In this document: in pieces, positions 23,019 to 33,909 of the stretch
Position numbering within the stretch: the first letter of the stretch is position 1
How the letters are laid out: every line of letters begins with the position of its first letter
DNA from: Lepidodermella squamata
Taxonomy: Eukaryota > Animalia > Gastrotricha
Direction of reading: 5' to 3'
NCBI GenBank assembly: GCA_047495785.1
Contig: JBLDXI010000020.1
Location: 2,666,001 to 2,730,000 of the forward strand
Length of the DNA stretch: 64,000 nt
The notes under the pieces: generated by a model
The model's input: only the letters and a program-made list of their open reading frames with translations
What the model was told of the DNA's origin: nothing
The model's database searches: none
Program-made: the position numbers and the translations under genes

Positions 23019-24117
23019 ATGAGCTATTGCTACAGGTTTTGGCATGGGAGTGATGAATCCGGAGGTCAGGGCAACTTTGCTCAACAGAGCTACATTTTCT
23101 GGAGGTGTCTGATACGGGGTTTAATCTACTGTGGTTGCTTGATAGCTGTGAACTGGCACGCAGCAGCCTTGAAATTTTTTGCGGGAATTCGAGCTCCTCT
23201 CAACGATTTATACAGTTTCAAGCAGTGCTTAGGCCCTGGTTCGAACGCTACACAGTGGGAAGTTTTCTGGTTGGTCTCAATTGTAGGCTGCCCTATCATT
23301 CTAGGCTACTTCGAACGCAGCATCTGGTTCGCACCAATTATTCACCCAGGGCGGTCAACAAAGTGCGCCTTCTTATTCTTTTGTTTGCCATTGATTTGGA
23401 TGATGGAAATCGATGCGTTTGAAGTGAATTGCAACGCCTATTACGCAGCTAAAGGTCGCATCACTAGCTTCAGCTCTGGTGTTGTTCAACCTGAGCCTTT
23501 CGGCAGCTTTGATCTAGAGGTTTAAATTTCTCAAATTATCTATTGATTCCTTAATCATAATCTATTCAATGTTGCAGCCCGTTTCTAATCCACGCCTATT
23601 CCAGCCATTTTATTGGGCGAATCTCTTAGAGCAAGTCATTTTCCTAACCCCAGTTGTTGCAGAAATTTTCGTTTTCCCGAATGTTGAATCCTTGCTTCAT
23701 CTAATGACAACCTACCTCATTGAAGTGATCGATATCGCAGATTTCCTGACCCTTCTGAGCACAGTGCATGTCGCTAGCCGATGGGGCCTGGCCTCGGCTA
23801 TCCTTGCCTTCGCAACAATCGCCATACTGATCATCATTGTTACGGAATCCAACTTTTGGATAACAAAAGAAGAAACTGACCTCAACATAGCTTTCAGCAT
23901 CATGCTATCACTTGCTAAAATATTTCTTGTCAATTTCCCGTTTTTCGTTATTCGAGTTTACTTGATTGCACGCCATAACCCCTCTTCGTTGATGACTGTT
24001 ATTTTGATTGGAAAAAACGCAGGTTATTTCATGTTAGAATTATCTCAATTGATTAAAGGTCTCAACGAACCTACGCTTAGTGGGCAGGTTACTGCGTCAC
24101 CGCTTGAAACTTCTTAG
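23019..24117 (+). CDS. TMEM26-like multi-pass membrane protein; two exons (intron ~23520-23603)
   Basis: Motifs LPLIWMME, WANLLEQVIFL, IDIADFL, VNFPFFVIR..., ILIGKN...LELSQL resemble the TMEM26/TMEM121 pattern. A GT-AG intron joins ORFs 23019 and 23569. Confidence 0.7.
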
Positions 24118-24140
24118 AAAAAAATAAACAGTCGCGTTTT

Positions 24141-26525
24141 TCAGTGTTGGCTAAGTACGGAAAAAGCTGTTACTAGAATTGGATAGCTGTAAATTGCTGC
24201 GAAAATCGATGAACTCAAGCTAAGAACTGTTAGTAATTGTGGTAGTTCCTCACTCAAAATGATCATTAGCAGAATTGCAGAGAGTAGCGTTCCACTTATG
24301 CCTGCAACGATAAAAGCTTCTTGCCGCAGATTCAAAACATCAAAATTTTGAACTTTAGAGGTGGTCAGAAGATAGATAGACATCCCTGTAGCAGCTAGTT
24401 TCAAAAACAAAATTGCCATCAATGCACCAAGCCATGCGGATGTGAAATTGGAACTGCAATTTAATTTTACGATACTGAGATAGATATCGTCAAAAGCATT
24501 GTATTCCGAAGTCAGATCGGCCTGGCAGTGAATATGGTCGACTGTAAGCCAAATGATAATAAGAATGATGCTTAAAGCAGTAATCGATCCCGTCAACTTG
24601 AGGCTGTCGAATTCATTGACGGGAGCCACGCTTATGATTTGGTGACTTTGTTGTTGACATATTGACGGCAAGCTGGTTTGAGAGTACATGCGTTGATGGC
24701 GTCGAGCAACGCGTTTTGCTTTTTGTCTACCATTGCTCATAGCCTTCTTCGTTCCGCGTGCATGCAGGAAAAGCTGGGCAAACTGACAGCTGACCAGAAA
24801 CGAGAAGCCAAATCCAAACAGGCATATAACGCTGTTCATCATCGGAGTTTCTTGCTCGATAGTATCCAGGAAGGATCCAATACTAGCCGCTAGAATTGCG
24901 GACAAAGTGATTGCAGTGCAAGCCAGCCACCTTAACATCATAGAGATCGGCTTGTTCTTAGTTTTAAGCAAAGCGATTCCACTTGTAATAGGGGTGAAAG
25001 CGGCCGAAATCCCACACACTATGAAAACACTCAACGGCATTCGGTTGTTCGAAACTCTGTACAGAGGTGAATCTTTCGGGGGTTCCTTATCTAACTTTCG
25101 CCAGGGGAGTTCGTCGATAAGCTTGATACTTGTATAATCATTATTGTCAAATCTTCCACTGGTATTAGGCAACTGAAAGACCTCCATGACGTTTCGAATT
25201 CCTCCCGGATTGAAGTAGTGAGAGAATGCAATGAAGTCAGTGGCCAACTCGCCCGTACTACTATATTGAATCTTTCCAACTCTTAGACCATCGAATTCTA
25301 GAGATTTAGCAGACGAATTAATGTGTCCTATCGCTTCTCTCGGGAAACTCCAATAATCTTCCAATTTCCTTCCTATTCGAGCCAACTGATAAAATGAGGC
25401 ATTCAAAGTTAGAGCTGCAGCGTAGGCGACATCGTGGCACTGAAACCGGTTCCCGTAATCGACCCCTCTCGAGAAATTAGAAATCGAATCAAACCATTTC
25501 TCAAATTGGTTCGCATCGTAATCGAATTGCCGCAGTTTTATTGTTTTATTCAGCGGAATCTGGCGATTGCCGACACCAAAGCTGTACTCATACTGCTCTA
25601 GGATGATAGATTTCGTGCAATTCGGACCGATTTCTTCAGGCAGGGTAGTTGGGTCGGTAAGAACAGCGCCGGTAAGGAAGAAAACGTATCGATTCCCGGT
25701 AACTCCGACGTGATAAGCTGCGCAGAGAAATCGCCTAGCTACGTCGATTTGACTAACCCACATAACTATAATTCTAGCATCGCTTTCTTTCAGAGCCTTT
25801 GCTTGAGCTGTATCTCTAACCTCAGCAATAGCATCATACCAAACTACGGTCACGTTATGACGGGAAGAGACCTTTTCCAAGGCTTCAGCTGCCATCATAT
25901 CTTGCGTGTTGTAGACATAACTTGCAATAGCAATCCTTCGCCATTTCCCAATGTGACGAATGAAGTGTAACTGGGCGTGGACTTGGGCTAACGATGTCGC
26001 CTTTATCAAGTATAAATTCGGGTATTTAACACGATCTGTGAGTGCCATGCCAGCACAAGCCGCTGCAAAGGCGACCATGCCAAGATGGTGAAGTACCGGC
26101 CCTAAGCCTTGACACCCGTTGGAGAAAAATCCAGCGATCATGACCGGGGCATAAATTGTCGAACTATCGTTGGAATCAGTCATAGCTTCGCGCCAAAATT
26201 TGATTGTCTCCTGAACCGAGAACAAGCCATTGTTCCTTTCGTCGGCAACTGCAAGCTCAAGCGTGTGGTTCGGCAGGAAGTCTGGCCGATTGCTAATTGC
26301 GTTGAACGCTGCCTCGGCGCCGTATCGGCATTCAAGACCAGTGCGGGGCGGGTTTCCAGTTTGGGGCAGAAGCATCAAAACTTTGATCTTCGCCGTGAGG
26401 GAATACTGCACCAAAGAAGTAACCAGAAATAGAACCAGTTGTGGCTTCTTCATATCTCGAAAGGTATTCATGATTTCGCTGAAGTTCTGTCCTTGACGAA
26501 ATGAGATATCTTGCTCCCTATTCAT
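24141..26525 (-). CDS. Intronless divergent GABA-B-like class C GPCR (Venus flytrap domain plus 7TM); start may be an internal Met (MKKPQLVL)
   Basis: AISNRPDFLPNHTLEL, LTDRVKYPNLY, KWRRIAI, LKESDARII, FLCAAYHVGVTGNRYVFF, PPKD linker with no cysteine-rich domain, seven hydrophobic helices. Confidence 0.88.
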   Translation of the reverse strand: MNREQDISFRQGQNFSEIMNTFRDMKKPQLVLFLVTSLVQYSLTAKIKVLMLLPQTGNPPRTGLECRYGAEAAFNAISNRPDFLPNHTLELAVADERNNGLFSVQETIKFWREAMTDSNDSSTIYAPVMIAGFFSNGCQGLGPVLHHLGMVAFAAACAGMALTDRVKYPNLYLIKATSLAQVHAQLHFIRHIGKWRRIAIASYVYNTQDMMAAEALEKVSSRHNVTVVWYDAIAEVRDTAQAKALKESDARIIVMWVSQIDVARRFLCAAYHVGVTGNRYVFFLTGAVLTDPTTLPEEIGPNCTKSIILEQYEYSFGVGNRQIPLNKTIKLRQFDYDANQFEKWFDSISNFSRGVDYGNRFQCHDVAYAAALTLNASFYQLARIGRKLEDYWSFPREAIGHINSSAKSLEFDGLRVGKIQYSSTGELATDFIAFSHYFNPGGIRNVMEVFQLPNTSGRFDNNDYTSIKLIDELPWRKLDKEPPKDSPLYRVSNNRMPLSVFIVCGISAAFTPITSGIALLKTKNKPISMMLRWLACTAITLSAILAASIGSFLDTIEQETPMMNSVICLFGFGFSFLVSCQFAQLFLHARGTKKAMSNGRQKAKRVARRHQRMYSQTSLPSICQQQSHQIISVAPVNEFDSLKLTGSITALSIILIIIWLTVDHIHCQADLTSEYNAFDDIYLSIVKLNCSSNFTSAWLGALMAILFLKLAATGMSIYLLTTSKVQNFDVLNLRQEAFIVAGISGTLLSAILLMIILSEELPQLLTVLSLSSSIFAAIYSYPILVTAFSVLSQH

Positions 26526-26954
26526 AACTGCGCGGGGTTCTCATTAACTAGATGGATAAACTATCAGACGGAAGCTTCTGATTAGTTCGATTGAAGCCAC
26601 ATTGGCTAGAAATGTCCCTTCCCTAATGGATGGCTTTGCTGGCACTGTGCCTCTTCTTTACGTTAACGTGCCTTGAATGCTTTGAATCAATCTCTCAGAT
26701 TGCACTGACGAAGCGCCTCAGGTTTGTCTATTCTGCTAAGTATATTGCGGTCATGTTGCCCTAGCGCATTGGGGTGAGTGGGTATTAGGCGAAAAAATCG
26801 TTGAATCGGGACAAATTAGACGCCGCGGTAAATCTCGCCGATCTAGCACCTTACTCTTGATACAACTGATTACAAGTTCGATAGCATTAGTCTTGATTTG
26901 CAGTTAGCAGTTAGCCAGAGGAATATGTAAGATAAAAGATAGTCTCAAAACAAT

Positions 26955-27036
26955 CGCTGCCAGTAGGATTTGAACCTACGCGCGGAGACCGCATCTGATT
27001 TCAAGTCAGACCCCTTAACCACTCGGGCATAGCAGC
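26955..27036 (-). tRNA. tRNA-Ser(TGA): tRNA-Ser (anticodon UGA), 82 nt with long variable arm
   Basis: GCTGCTATGCCCGAGTGGTTAAGGGG-TCTGA-CTTGAAA-TCAGA-TGCGGTCTCCGCG-CGTAGGTTCAAATCCTAC-TGGCAGCG. Stems pair, G discriminator, TTTT run downstream. Confidence 0.95.
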
Positions 27037-27358
27037 TTTGCTGAAAGCATCAAAACCAAAACGGCACAAAATAATCATCTCAAGGCACTTTTACAGATGC
27101 TTTCAACAGCGTTCCTCGTACCACAATTTTGGTCCTAAGTACAAATTGTGCATTTGTTCTCAGATTTCAGCGGTTTTAGCCGTAATTTGTTCCAATTATG
27201 GATAGGGCCAACCTTTTGCACCTGTTAAAGCCAACAGGCTGAGGGTGAAAACCGATCCTACCACATTAATTATTTTGCTTTTATTTTTCATCAGCGGCGC
27301 ATCAAATCAACAACAAAAGCGCAACAGAGGCGAGTTTATTAAGGTAATTATCAGTGTA

Positions 27359-27769
27359 TTACAACCGGTATCGTTGAACGCATAGAGGTTCAGAGGTCCA
27401 GGTTCCATCGACACATTCGATGTAATTACCACTGCCGACAAGTGTATAACCACGATCGCACGTCACGCCTCGCCGCGCCCCGTCACCATTATCCCCAGCA
27501 GCTATCTTGCCATTAACGAGTTGCGGTAAATCAAACTCCGAACAATCACGCCTGCAAACTCCGGGTAACGACCATTTCGAATCAGTGCATTCGATGAAAT
27601 CTGGGCCCTGCAGTCGATAACCTGGTATACACGTGACTAATCTGCGATTTGTGTTGGCCAAATCTTGAAATAGATGCCCATTAGGAATCTCGGGAAGGCT
27701 CTTCTCGCATTGATCTTCGCCAAGCACGACACAGAGAAGGAATGCGAAATAAACAGCCGCAGACTTCAT
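27359..27769 (-). CDS. Small secreted protein with two sushi/CCP domains, intronless
   Basis: Signal MKSAAVYFAFLLCVVLG, then C..LPEIPNG...VTCIPGYRLQGPDFIECTDSKWSLPGVC and C...LPQLVNG...VTCDRGYTLVGSGNYIECVDGTWTSEPLC. Confidence 0.88.
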   Translation of the reverse strand: MKSAAVYFAFLLCVVLGEDQCEKSLPEIPNGHLFQDLANTNRRLVTCIPGYRLQGPDFIECTDSKWSLPGVCRRDCSEFDLPQLVNGKIAAGDNGDGARRGVTCDRGYTLVGSGNYIECVDGTWTSEPLCVQRYRL

Positions 27770-27842
27770 AATTAAATGTTGAGCCATATCAAATTTCGCA
27801 CTAGCCACCCGTAGGCGAGGCACCTGTTTTTATTTTCGCATC

Positions 27843-30224
27843 TCAAGAATTCGAACCACCTTTCATAGGGTTACACAATATTGCGACAGTTGTTAACGAG
27901 AAAAACAGCTCGCAAGATGCAAGTGTAAATAATCGAACACATGGGTTACTCAAGTTAGACACGACAGCTATCAAAAGAATGGTGCCACAAAATAGAGAAA
28001 TAGCATTGAATGATGCGAAGCGCAAACTTTTACAGGTAAACTTATGACAAGATGGAACCTCTGATTTTCCAGCCGCATAAGCTGTTAATCCTGCAGAAAG
28101 CAGAAGAACGCCCTCTACAGCCAAAATCGAAGCTAGAAAATGGGTTTCAAAGTGCGATGAGCAATTTATGGTCTCCGTATGATAATAGCTATCAGAAATT
28201 TCGTCAAAAGTAATGCTAGATATCGTAGTGAAAATGTTTGGAGAATCTAAAAGAATCCAGCTTAACGAAATTGAGAAAGGCGCGAGAATCGCGCAGATCA
28301 GCCCTGATACAAGATATCGCTTCTCTTTCAGTTTAAACTTGAATTCCATATCAGCAAGAGCTGAGTCTTTCATTCCAGAATGGCTTACTGAAGCTGTTGA
28401 GCTTCGCCTCGAGCTAAATGTGTAAGTATCAAGTAGGACAGTTGAATATCGTCTAAAGGAAACAGATTGGCGAGAAGTGTAGTTGAAGTAAGATAACCGC
28501 GGTTTGTTGGCTTTATAAAACTTGAGAAAACGTGAATATGAGATCATTTTGGAAGAAATAATTGCGACTATAATCCCCAACCAAATGGTGTGCAAGAAAG
28601 GTCGAAGCCAACATTCCAACTCGGGCAGATAATCATACCCAGCGACGAGAAAAACTGAGGAAAAATTCACCGCAATACAAGAAGCGACCACCGCGACTTT
28701 GCATGTCAGAGTGAACATTAAATTTCCAGTTGAATTTGCCACTCGAATTTTCTCGTTAATCATCAAAATGAGTTGCAGAATCGATATCGAAACTGCTATA
28801 GTGGAGAAGGTTATGATAGCAGCTTTGCCACATTGAGCAACCCTCCGCTCAATGTTGGACAGATCTTTTGGAGGTAATTTCGACTTGGTTCTCCAAATAG
28901 GCTTCTCAATTACTGACATTCCAAACTGGAGTAAATCAATCTCCTGATACTCGGTCCAGTTTTGAAGTAAAGGCATACGGTACAAATAACGAGGTTTATT
29001 GTCGACCAATTGCGCCAGGTAGAGATTATCGTCCACCTGGCCTCGGGAGTTGAACCTTAATCGACCTATTCGAGTTCCAATAAAATCTGTAGACGAAGCG
29101 GTTGAGTTCACTACCTTATGAACTAATTCTGGATACTGTTGGAAATCAGCCAAAGTCTTGCCGTGGCTGGTTTGTAGAATCTCTTGACTTTTATTCAGAG
29201 TCAAAATCGCCGCCATCATCGCATCGTGGCACAAAAATCTGAATTCGTTATCAGAAGGTTCCGTGTAATTCAGCAATTGCCGGTACTTCTCCTCGAAAAA
29301 ACTTGGCTCGTATCCAAAATTTGTCTGCTCATAAATTCGAGGCGGTAAGTTTCCATAGAAACTGCTCATTTGTTGCGTTTCCAACATTTGCTTCGAGCAC
29401 GATTTAGGAACCGGCAGTGCGCCGAAATTTTCGGTTGAAAAAGTGCACAGATTCGAGACAAAGATGAAGGAATACATTGGAGCTGTCATTCCGACAAGAT
29501 GAGCGAAACAAATGAATTTTAAACAGCTGGCAAGTGGGATCAGCATAACTGCGATAACTCTAGCCCCGCTGGCTTTGATTGCCAAAGCTGTATCGATGGT
29601 TATATCGAATTCACTGGCGTAAAGAAGTACGTCCACGCCATTCGCCGTTGAAACCGAATGCAATTTTTCGGCAAGCAAATATTCGTTGGCGTTATTCGCA
29701 TTGGTTACAATGGCGATTTGGCGCCATTTGCCAACTTGTGCGATAATCGCAAAAATTCCCAGAACAGCATTACCAGCCGGAGTTTGAACCGAGTAAAGTG
29801 TTGAGAAAAGGTTCCGTTTCGCAAGGATGAAAGGTCCAGCGCACTGTTGCGAGAACAAGGTTAGCTTCATATTCCGAAGGGCTAAAGCTGAATATTGGCA
29901 TGAAACTGTCGGTCCTATTAAGACTGGCGAAAGAGTCGAATTTCCTGTTAGAACGAAGTTATCTATGACTTTAACTATGCTAGGTAGGGCTTTCACTGCC
30001 CCAGGTCCTTCATCCACGATGTTTTGCACGATTTTGAAGCCTGGCAAGATATCAGAGCGGGAATTTGCTTGATCTATGACGAATTGCATGGCAGCTCGAC
30101 AGCCTGGCATGTCCAACTTACCATCTTTGAATGGTAGGGAAGCTAGAATTATCAGTTGGCTTGTCTTGTCCGCGGCAGAAATTCGCAAATGCAGAAGAAT
30201 TATGAAGTAAAAAATCGGGGTCAT
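27843..30224 (-). CDS. Intronless divergent GABA-B-like class C GPCR
   Basis: Signal peptide, ANSRSDILPGFKI, KWRQIAIV, IKASGARVI, CHDA, PPKD linker, 7 TM helices ending LCNPMK. Confidence 0.88.
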   Translation of the reverse strand: MTPIFYFIILLHLRISAADKTSQLIILASLPFKDGKLDMPGCRAAMQFVIDQANSRSDILPGFKIVQNIVDEGPGAVKALPSIVKVIDNFVLTGNSTLSPVLIGPTVSCQYSALALRNMKLTLFSQQCAGPFILAKRNLFSTLYSVQTPAGNAVLGIFAIIAQVGKWRQIAIVTNANNANEYLLAEKLHSVSTANGVDVLLYASEFDITIDTALAIKASGARVIAVMLIPLASCLKFICFAHLVGMTAPMYSFIFVSNLCTFSTENFGALPVPKSCSKQMLETQQMSSFYGNLPPRIYEQTNFGYEPSFFEEKYRQLLNYTEPSDNEFRFLCHDAMMAAILTLNKSQEILQTSHGKTLADFQQYPELVHKVVNSTASSTDFIGTRIGRLRFNSRGQVDDNLYLAQLVDNKPRYLYRMPLLQNWTEYQEIDLLQFGMSVIEKPIWRTKSKLPPKDLSNIERRVAQCGKAAIITFSTIAVSISILQLILMINEKIRVANSTGNLMFTLTCKVAVVASCIAVNFSSVFLVAGYDYLPELECWLRPFLHTIWLGIIVAIISSKMISYSRFLKFYKANKPRLSYFNYTSRQSVSFRRYSTVLLDTYTFSSRRSSTASVSHSGMKDSALADMEFKFKLKEKRYLVSGLICAILAPFSISLSWILLDSPNIFTTISSITFDEISDSYYHTETINCSSHFETHFLASILAVEGVLLLSAGLTAYAAGKSEVPSCHKFTCKSLRFASFNAISLFCGTILLIAVVSNLSNPCVRLFTLASCELFFSLTTVAILCNPMKGGSNS

Positions 30225-30950
30225 TTGTTTTGAAAAGCTTTCACTACAATATTGCGCGAACTTCTAACATGGCTATGTCCTTGATTAATTGTACGTCAGC
30301 AAGTGACAGTTTTTTAGTAATTTAGTGAACGATCTTTTTGCTCCTTGCAGCTTGACACAGCTAATAATAATTAATATAATTAGCCTAAAAATAAGACCTC
30401 CCTGCCATGCTCGCTGTGGGAAAAAACATGGCATGTGAAATTCCAGACGTAACACGTGATTTCGACCAAAATAAAGCTGCTGATATAATCAGTCATAATT
30501 GAAAACATCTATTTTTTCAATTTTAGTGACGTATTCGGAAAACATATTTTTTAAATTCTTAAGATCAAATTCGAAACATTTTTTACGTGAGTTCAATAAA
30601 TTAGGCCGTATGAATGGAGGTTCCGAAGAAACCGAAGAAGAATACGGTCATCCGTGATGGAAAAGTGTTTTGTATTCCGTGCCATCCAAGATTGCTTTAT
30701 TCGCCCACTTCTTAAATTCAGCAGCTGCGCCCAAATCATTTCGGCAGCGCGGCTTTTGATTAAAAAGAGAGTTAGTGTAGTGCTAGCGCGTTACAATCAG
30801 GCCAATCAGGCCTATTGTGATGTATTAGAATACTTTATTTTTCTATCCGGTTTGCTTATAAAGATGACGAACAGAATACGACATAGACAAAATAAAAACT
30901 GTTTTATATTACAGAAGAAGATCCTGAAAGATTGTTATTCTAGAAAATTG

Positions 30951-32075
30951 TTAGGTATTGGAAAACAGCATAAGTAAAAGGAATGCAAAACAGACACCGT
31001 AGGCCAATAAAAGACAGGTAAAAGCAGCAATATCCAAGGCACGGCCATTTCTAAGTATGAACAGTGAATTCTCCAACAGAATAGTGGCATACCAATCAGG
31101 ATAAGAGTTAGCTAACCCACAAGTGACCAAGCAATAAAATGTTATTAAGCCGGTGAGAAACTGGCAACATTTCATTAACACAGTCATCATAACAAAGTCA
31201 GGTTTTAATGGTAGATATTTCAGAGAGTCGGCTTCCATAAACACGAGAGCTAGGAGAATGGTTACAGCCAGAACTGGCCGGTCCGACAGACGAGGTTCCA
31301 AGATTAGGACGATGAATACAAGGGCTGTGATAACAACAAATGGTAGAATGAGATTCCACACGTAAAACGCCGGTTTTCTTTGAAATGTGATAGCATACTT
31401 GTAAGTCGATCTGTTGCTGACCGTAACGGATCTGTCGACAATACGCCAATTGTCAATATAGTTCCGAATGTCGTAAGCATACGTGTCTCCGGGAGACTCC
31501 AGATAATAATAGAACCTTTTCTGGGTGGCGATTTTCAGTTTGATACTGCAAATTTGAGTATCAAAAGGGAAAATTGCTACATTGAGATCGCAAGTTGAAG
31601 TGAGTTTAACCATGAACACCCAGACAAAAAAGATACCACTAGGTCTGATTACAACGCTCAGTTTTGAGTCTTTACTAACGCTCACGTGAGTTGAGGATGG
31701 GTTGACATGGATGAATTTAGGCCGCCATAGCATGGAATCATGAAGCTGAAATGACGCTTTTTCTGAACCTTCGAGGTTTGCAGCGGCAGGTGGCCACTTG
31801 CAAGAACCATCCCATTGTACGTTGAAATACAGAGTTGCCGAGAAACTCTGCAGCTGATCGTTGATGGCCCCAACCATTCCGGTGTATGAGTTTATTGCAA
31901 CCGTCACTTTTCTACAACCGCTCTCACCAATATCGCGACATAATGGGCCTGGGCTCTCCGCACTAAGGTGGGGACAATGCGACAGAAGGCTTCGAGCCCT
32001 CTGCACAGATGACGTGTTCGCATAAGAGAATGAGGGTTGGAATAAAAGACCTGATAGTATAATAATTGATAACAT
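30951..32075 (-). CDS. Intronless divergent Cys-loop ligand-gated ion channel subunit
   Basis: Signal from MLSIIILSGLLF, LWRPKF, Cys-loop CDLNVAIFPFDTQIC, RKPAFYVWNLILP (M1), DRPVLAVTILLAL (M2), short M3-M4 loop. Confidence 0.9.
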   Translation of the reverse strand: MLSIIILSGLLFQPSFSYANTSSVQRARSLLSHCPHLSAESPGPLCRDIGESGCRKVTVAINSYTGMVGAINDQLQSFSATLYFNVQWDGSCKWPPAAANLEGSEKASFQLHDSMLWRPKFIHVNPSSTHVSVSKDSKLSVVIRPSGIFFVWVFMVKLTSTCDLNVAIFPFDTQICSIKLKIATQKRFYYYLESPGDTYAYDIRNYIDNWRIVDRSVTVSNRSTYKYAITFQRKPAFYVWNLILPFVVITALVFIVLILEPRLSDRPVLAVTILLALVFMEADSLKYLPLKPDFVMMTVLMKCCQFLTGLITFYCLVTCGLANSYPDWYATILLENSLFILRNGRALDIAAFTCLLLAYGVCFAFLLLMLFSNT

Positions 32076-32191
32076 AGCAGACGAATAACAACAGAAGTTC
32101 TGAAAACTTTCATATAAACTCGGCGTGTTTGCCTTTAGACATCCAATTTCCGATTTGGCACCATACAACCATAACATTTATAGTGTTATAG

Positions 32192-33349
32192 TTAAATCGA
32201 ATTGAAAAGGAAAATATTTACAAGAATGAACGACGCGAGTGACGTTGAGCAAGCAATGGCATCACATAATCTATTGCGAGAGGCTTTCCATCTACCGAAA
32301 ACAATTGCATTCTTGTTGAACCATGTTGGGAATTTTTTAGCGAGATGGCAGGTGAAAAACGCGTATAAAGTGATGAATAAAGTGAGAAGTTCGCAAGATC
32401 GTGTGTAATCTGTCAGTAACATCCTACCAGGCTTAGCTGGTGTTCTACTGCTTATCTCAATTCGCAAAACTGTCATAGCCAGAAGGATAGTTATGGCGAA
32501 GGCAGGTCTCAAGGGCTTCGAAGCGTGGATAGCAATAGAAAGAAACTGGAGGAAAGTCAAAACGGCGCAAGGTATCATTAAAAACCATATGTAGAAATCT
32601 GGCACGCGTTTGAGATATAATTTGAAAACAGGGCTTGCATTCCCAAAATATTTCCCAATCGTCGAACCAAACCTAACCAATTTCCAGATGCCCCAGTTTG
32701 CCTTGTTTTCGGAAACCATTCTAGTCTCTATCGTGGCCGCATCTTTATTTTTGTTGGCCAATCTTATGGTTATTTTACATCTTTGAGAGTCGAATGGGAA
32801 GTTGCTTAGATCAATTTCACAGGATGAAAAAAAGATTCCACTCAGCTGCAGGCTGAAATATACACTGTTCCTGGAAATTCGAGCGTTGAAGATGGATTGC
32901 AGGCCTGACATTGTTGGATCGTCGATGGCACTTTCGTGAAAAAATTTCGGTCTCCAGAAAAGGCTAGCATTTGGGTAGAAGGTGAGTCCCCTCAAGTCGC
33001 TAACTTGGTTACAAGTCACTGACCAGGATGACATGAAATCTGCTTGCAGTTTGACAGTTTCAGTCACGTCGTCAATTCCGTAGAATCGCCGTATCGAAAA
33101 TCTAGTGGAGATCTGTGTTGTCGAGCATGAATGATCCAGATAGTCGAATGTGTTGCTTATATTGCAGCTAGGATTAGCCACTCCAAAAGAAAAATGATTG
33201 CACCTAGCTATAAGGTCCAAACTTCGCGCGTTTGATAAATCAAACATCTGATTGCCGAAAGTGGTTCTTGCTGCAAGAATCAGCGACATGACGAATCTGA
33301 GCGCATGTTTAGTTCGCGTAAACGCAGTTGCCAGTGATTTGATTGTCAT
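32192..33349 (-). CDS. Intronless divergent Cys-loop ligand-gated ion channel subunit (tandem paralog)
   Basis: FWRPKF, Cys-loop CEIDLSNFPFDSQRC, RVPDFYIWFLMIP (M1), PLRPAFAITILLAMTV (M2), four TM helices. Confidence 0.9.
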   Translation of the reverse strand: MTIKSLATAFTRTKHALRFVMSLILAARTTFGNQMFDLSNARSLDLIARCNHFSFGVANPSCNISNTFDYLDHSCSTTQISTRFSIRRFYGIDDVTETVKLQADFMSSWSVTCNQVSDLRGLTFYPNASLFWRPKFFHESAIDDPTMSGLQSIFNARISRNSVYFSLQLSGIFFSSCEIDLSNFPFDSQRCKITIRLANKNKDAATIETRMVSENKANWGIWKLVRFGSTIGKYFGNASPVFKLYLKRVPDFYIWFLMIPCAVLTFLQFLSIAIHASKPLRPAFAITILLAMTVLRIEISSRTPAKPGRMLLTDYTRSCELLTLFITLYAFFTCHLAKKFPTWFNKNAIVFGRWKASRNRLCDAIACSTSLASFILVNIFLFNSI

Positions 33350-33909
33350 TATCCCGTAAGCAAATTATCGCATGTATGGAATCAAGTCTGAGTGGCTGTG
33401 GTCGCATCCATAGTTTTAATATAACCGAGACAGGATATTGCGAGCGAGCATGATTCCGCTCTACAAATGGATGGATGCGGAATCGTGATGAATCAAATAT
33501 CTGATCAGATTTCCGTGGGCATCCGACGTTTCTTTTCGCTTTGGTTTCGAAAATGGTTAGACTGAACTCTTGACTGTCATGTAAAACCAGAGCATGGTCA
33601 TATTTAGAATGAAAATCAAAACGACAAGAATTATAGAAAGTTCTTCCAAGTTATAAAATAAAAGTAATAGGTAAGCCAAAGGCGAATCGAACCATACTCG
33701 ATATTCTAGCCTATCGAAGCAATCGAAGCTGAGCCCTCGATCACATCCAAAATCCTGTGTGGAATAAATGACAAAAATATAAATCCGAGTCGTCTGGCTC
33801 TATTGGGTAAAATTAAAGATCACGGAGTTTCATCATGAAATTGATTAATTTACGCTTGTGAATTTTGCTTTTTGTATTGATAAGGATTGCGCTCCTTATG
33901 TATGTCGTA

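Noticed and set aside
26955-27036. tRNA as selenocysteine or opal suppressor
   Set aside because: The anticodon is UGA, which reads UCA (Ser), not UCA. Structure is a standard type II tRNA.
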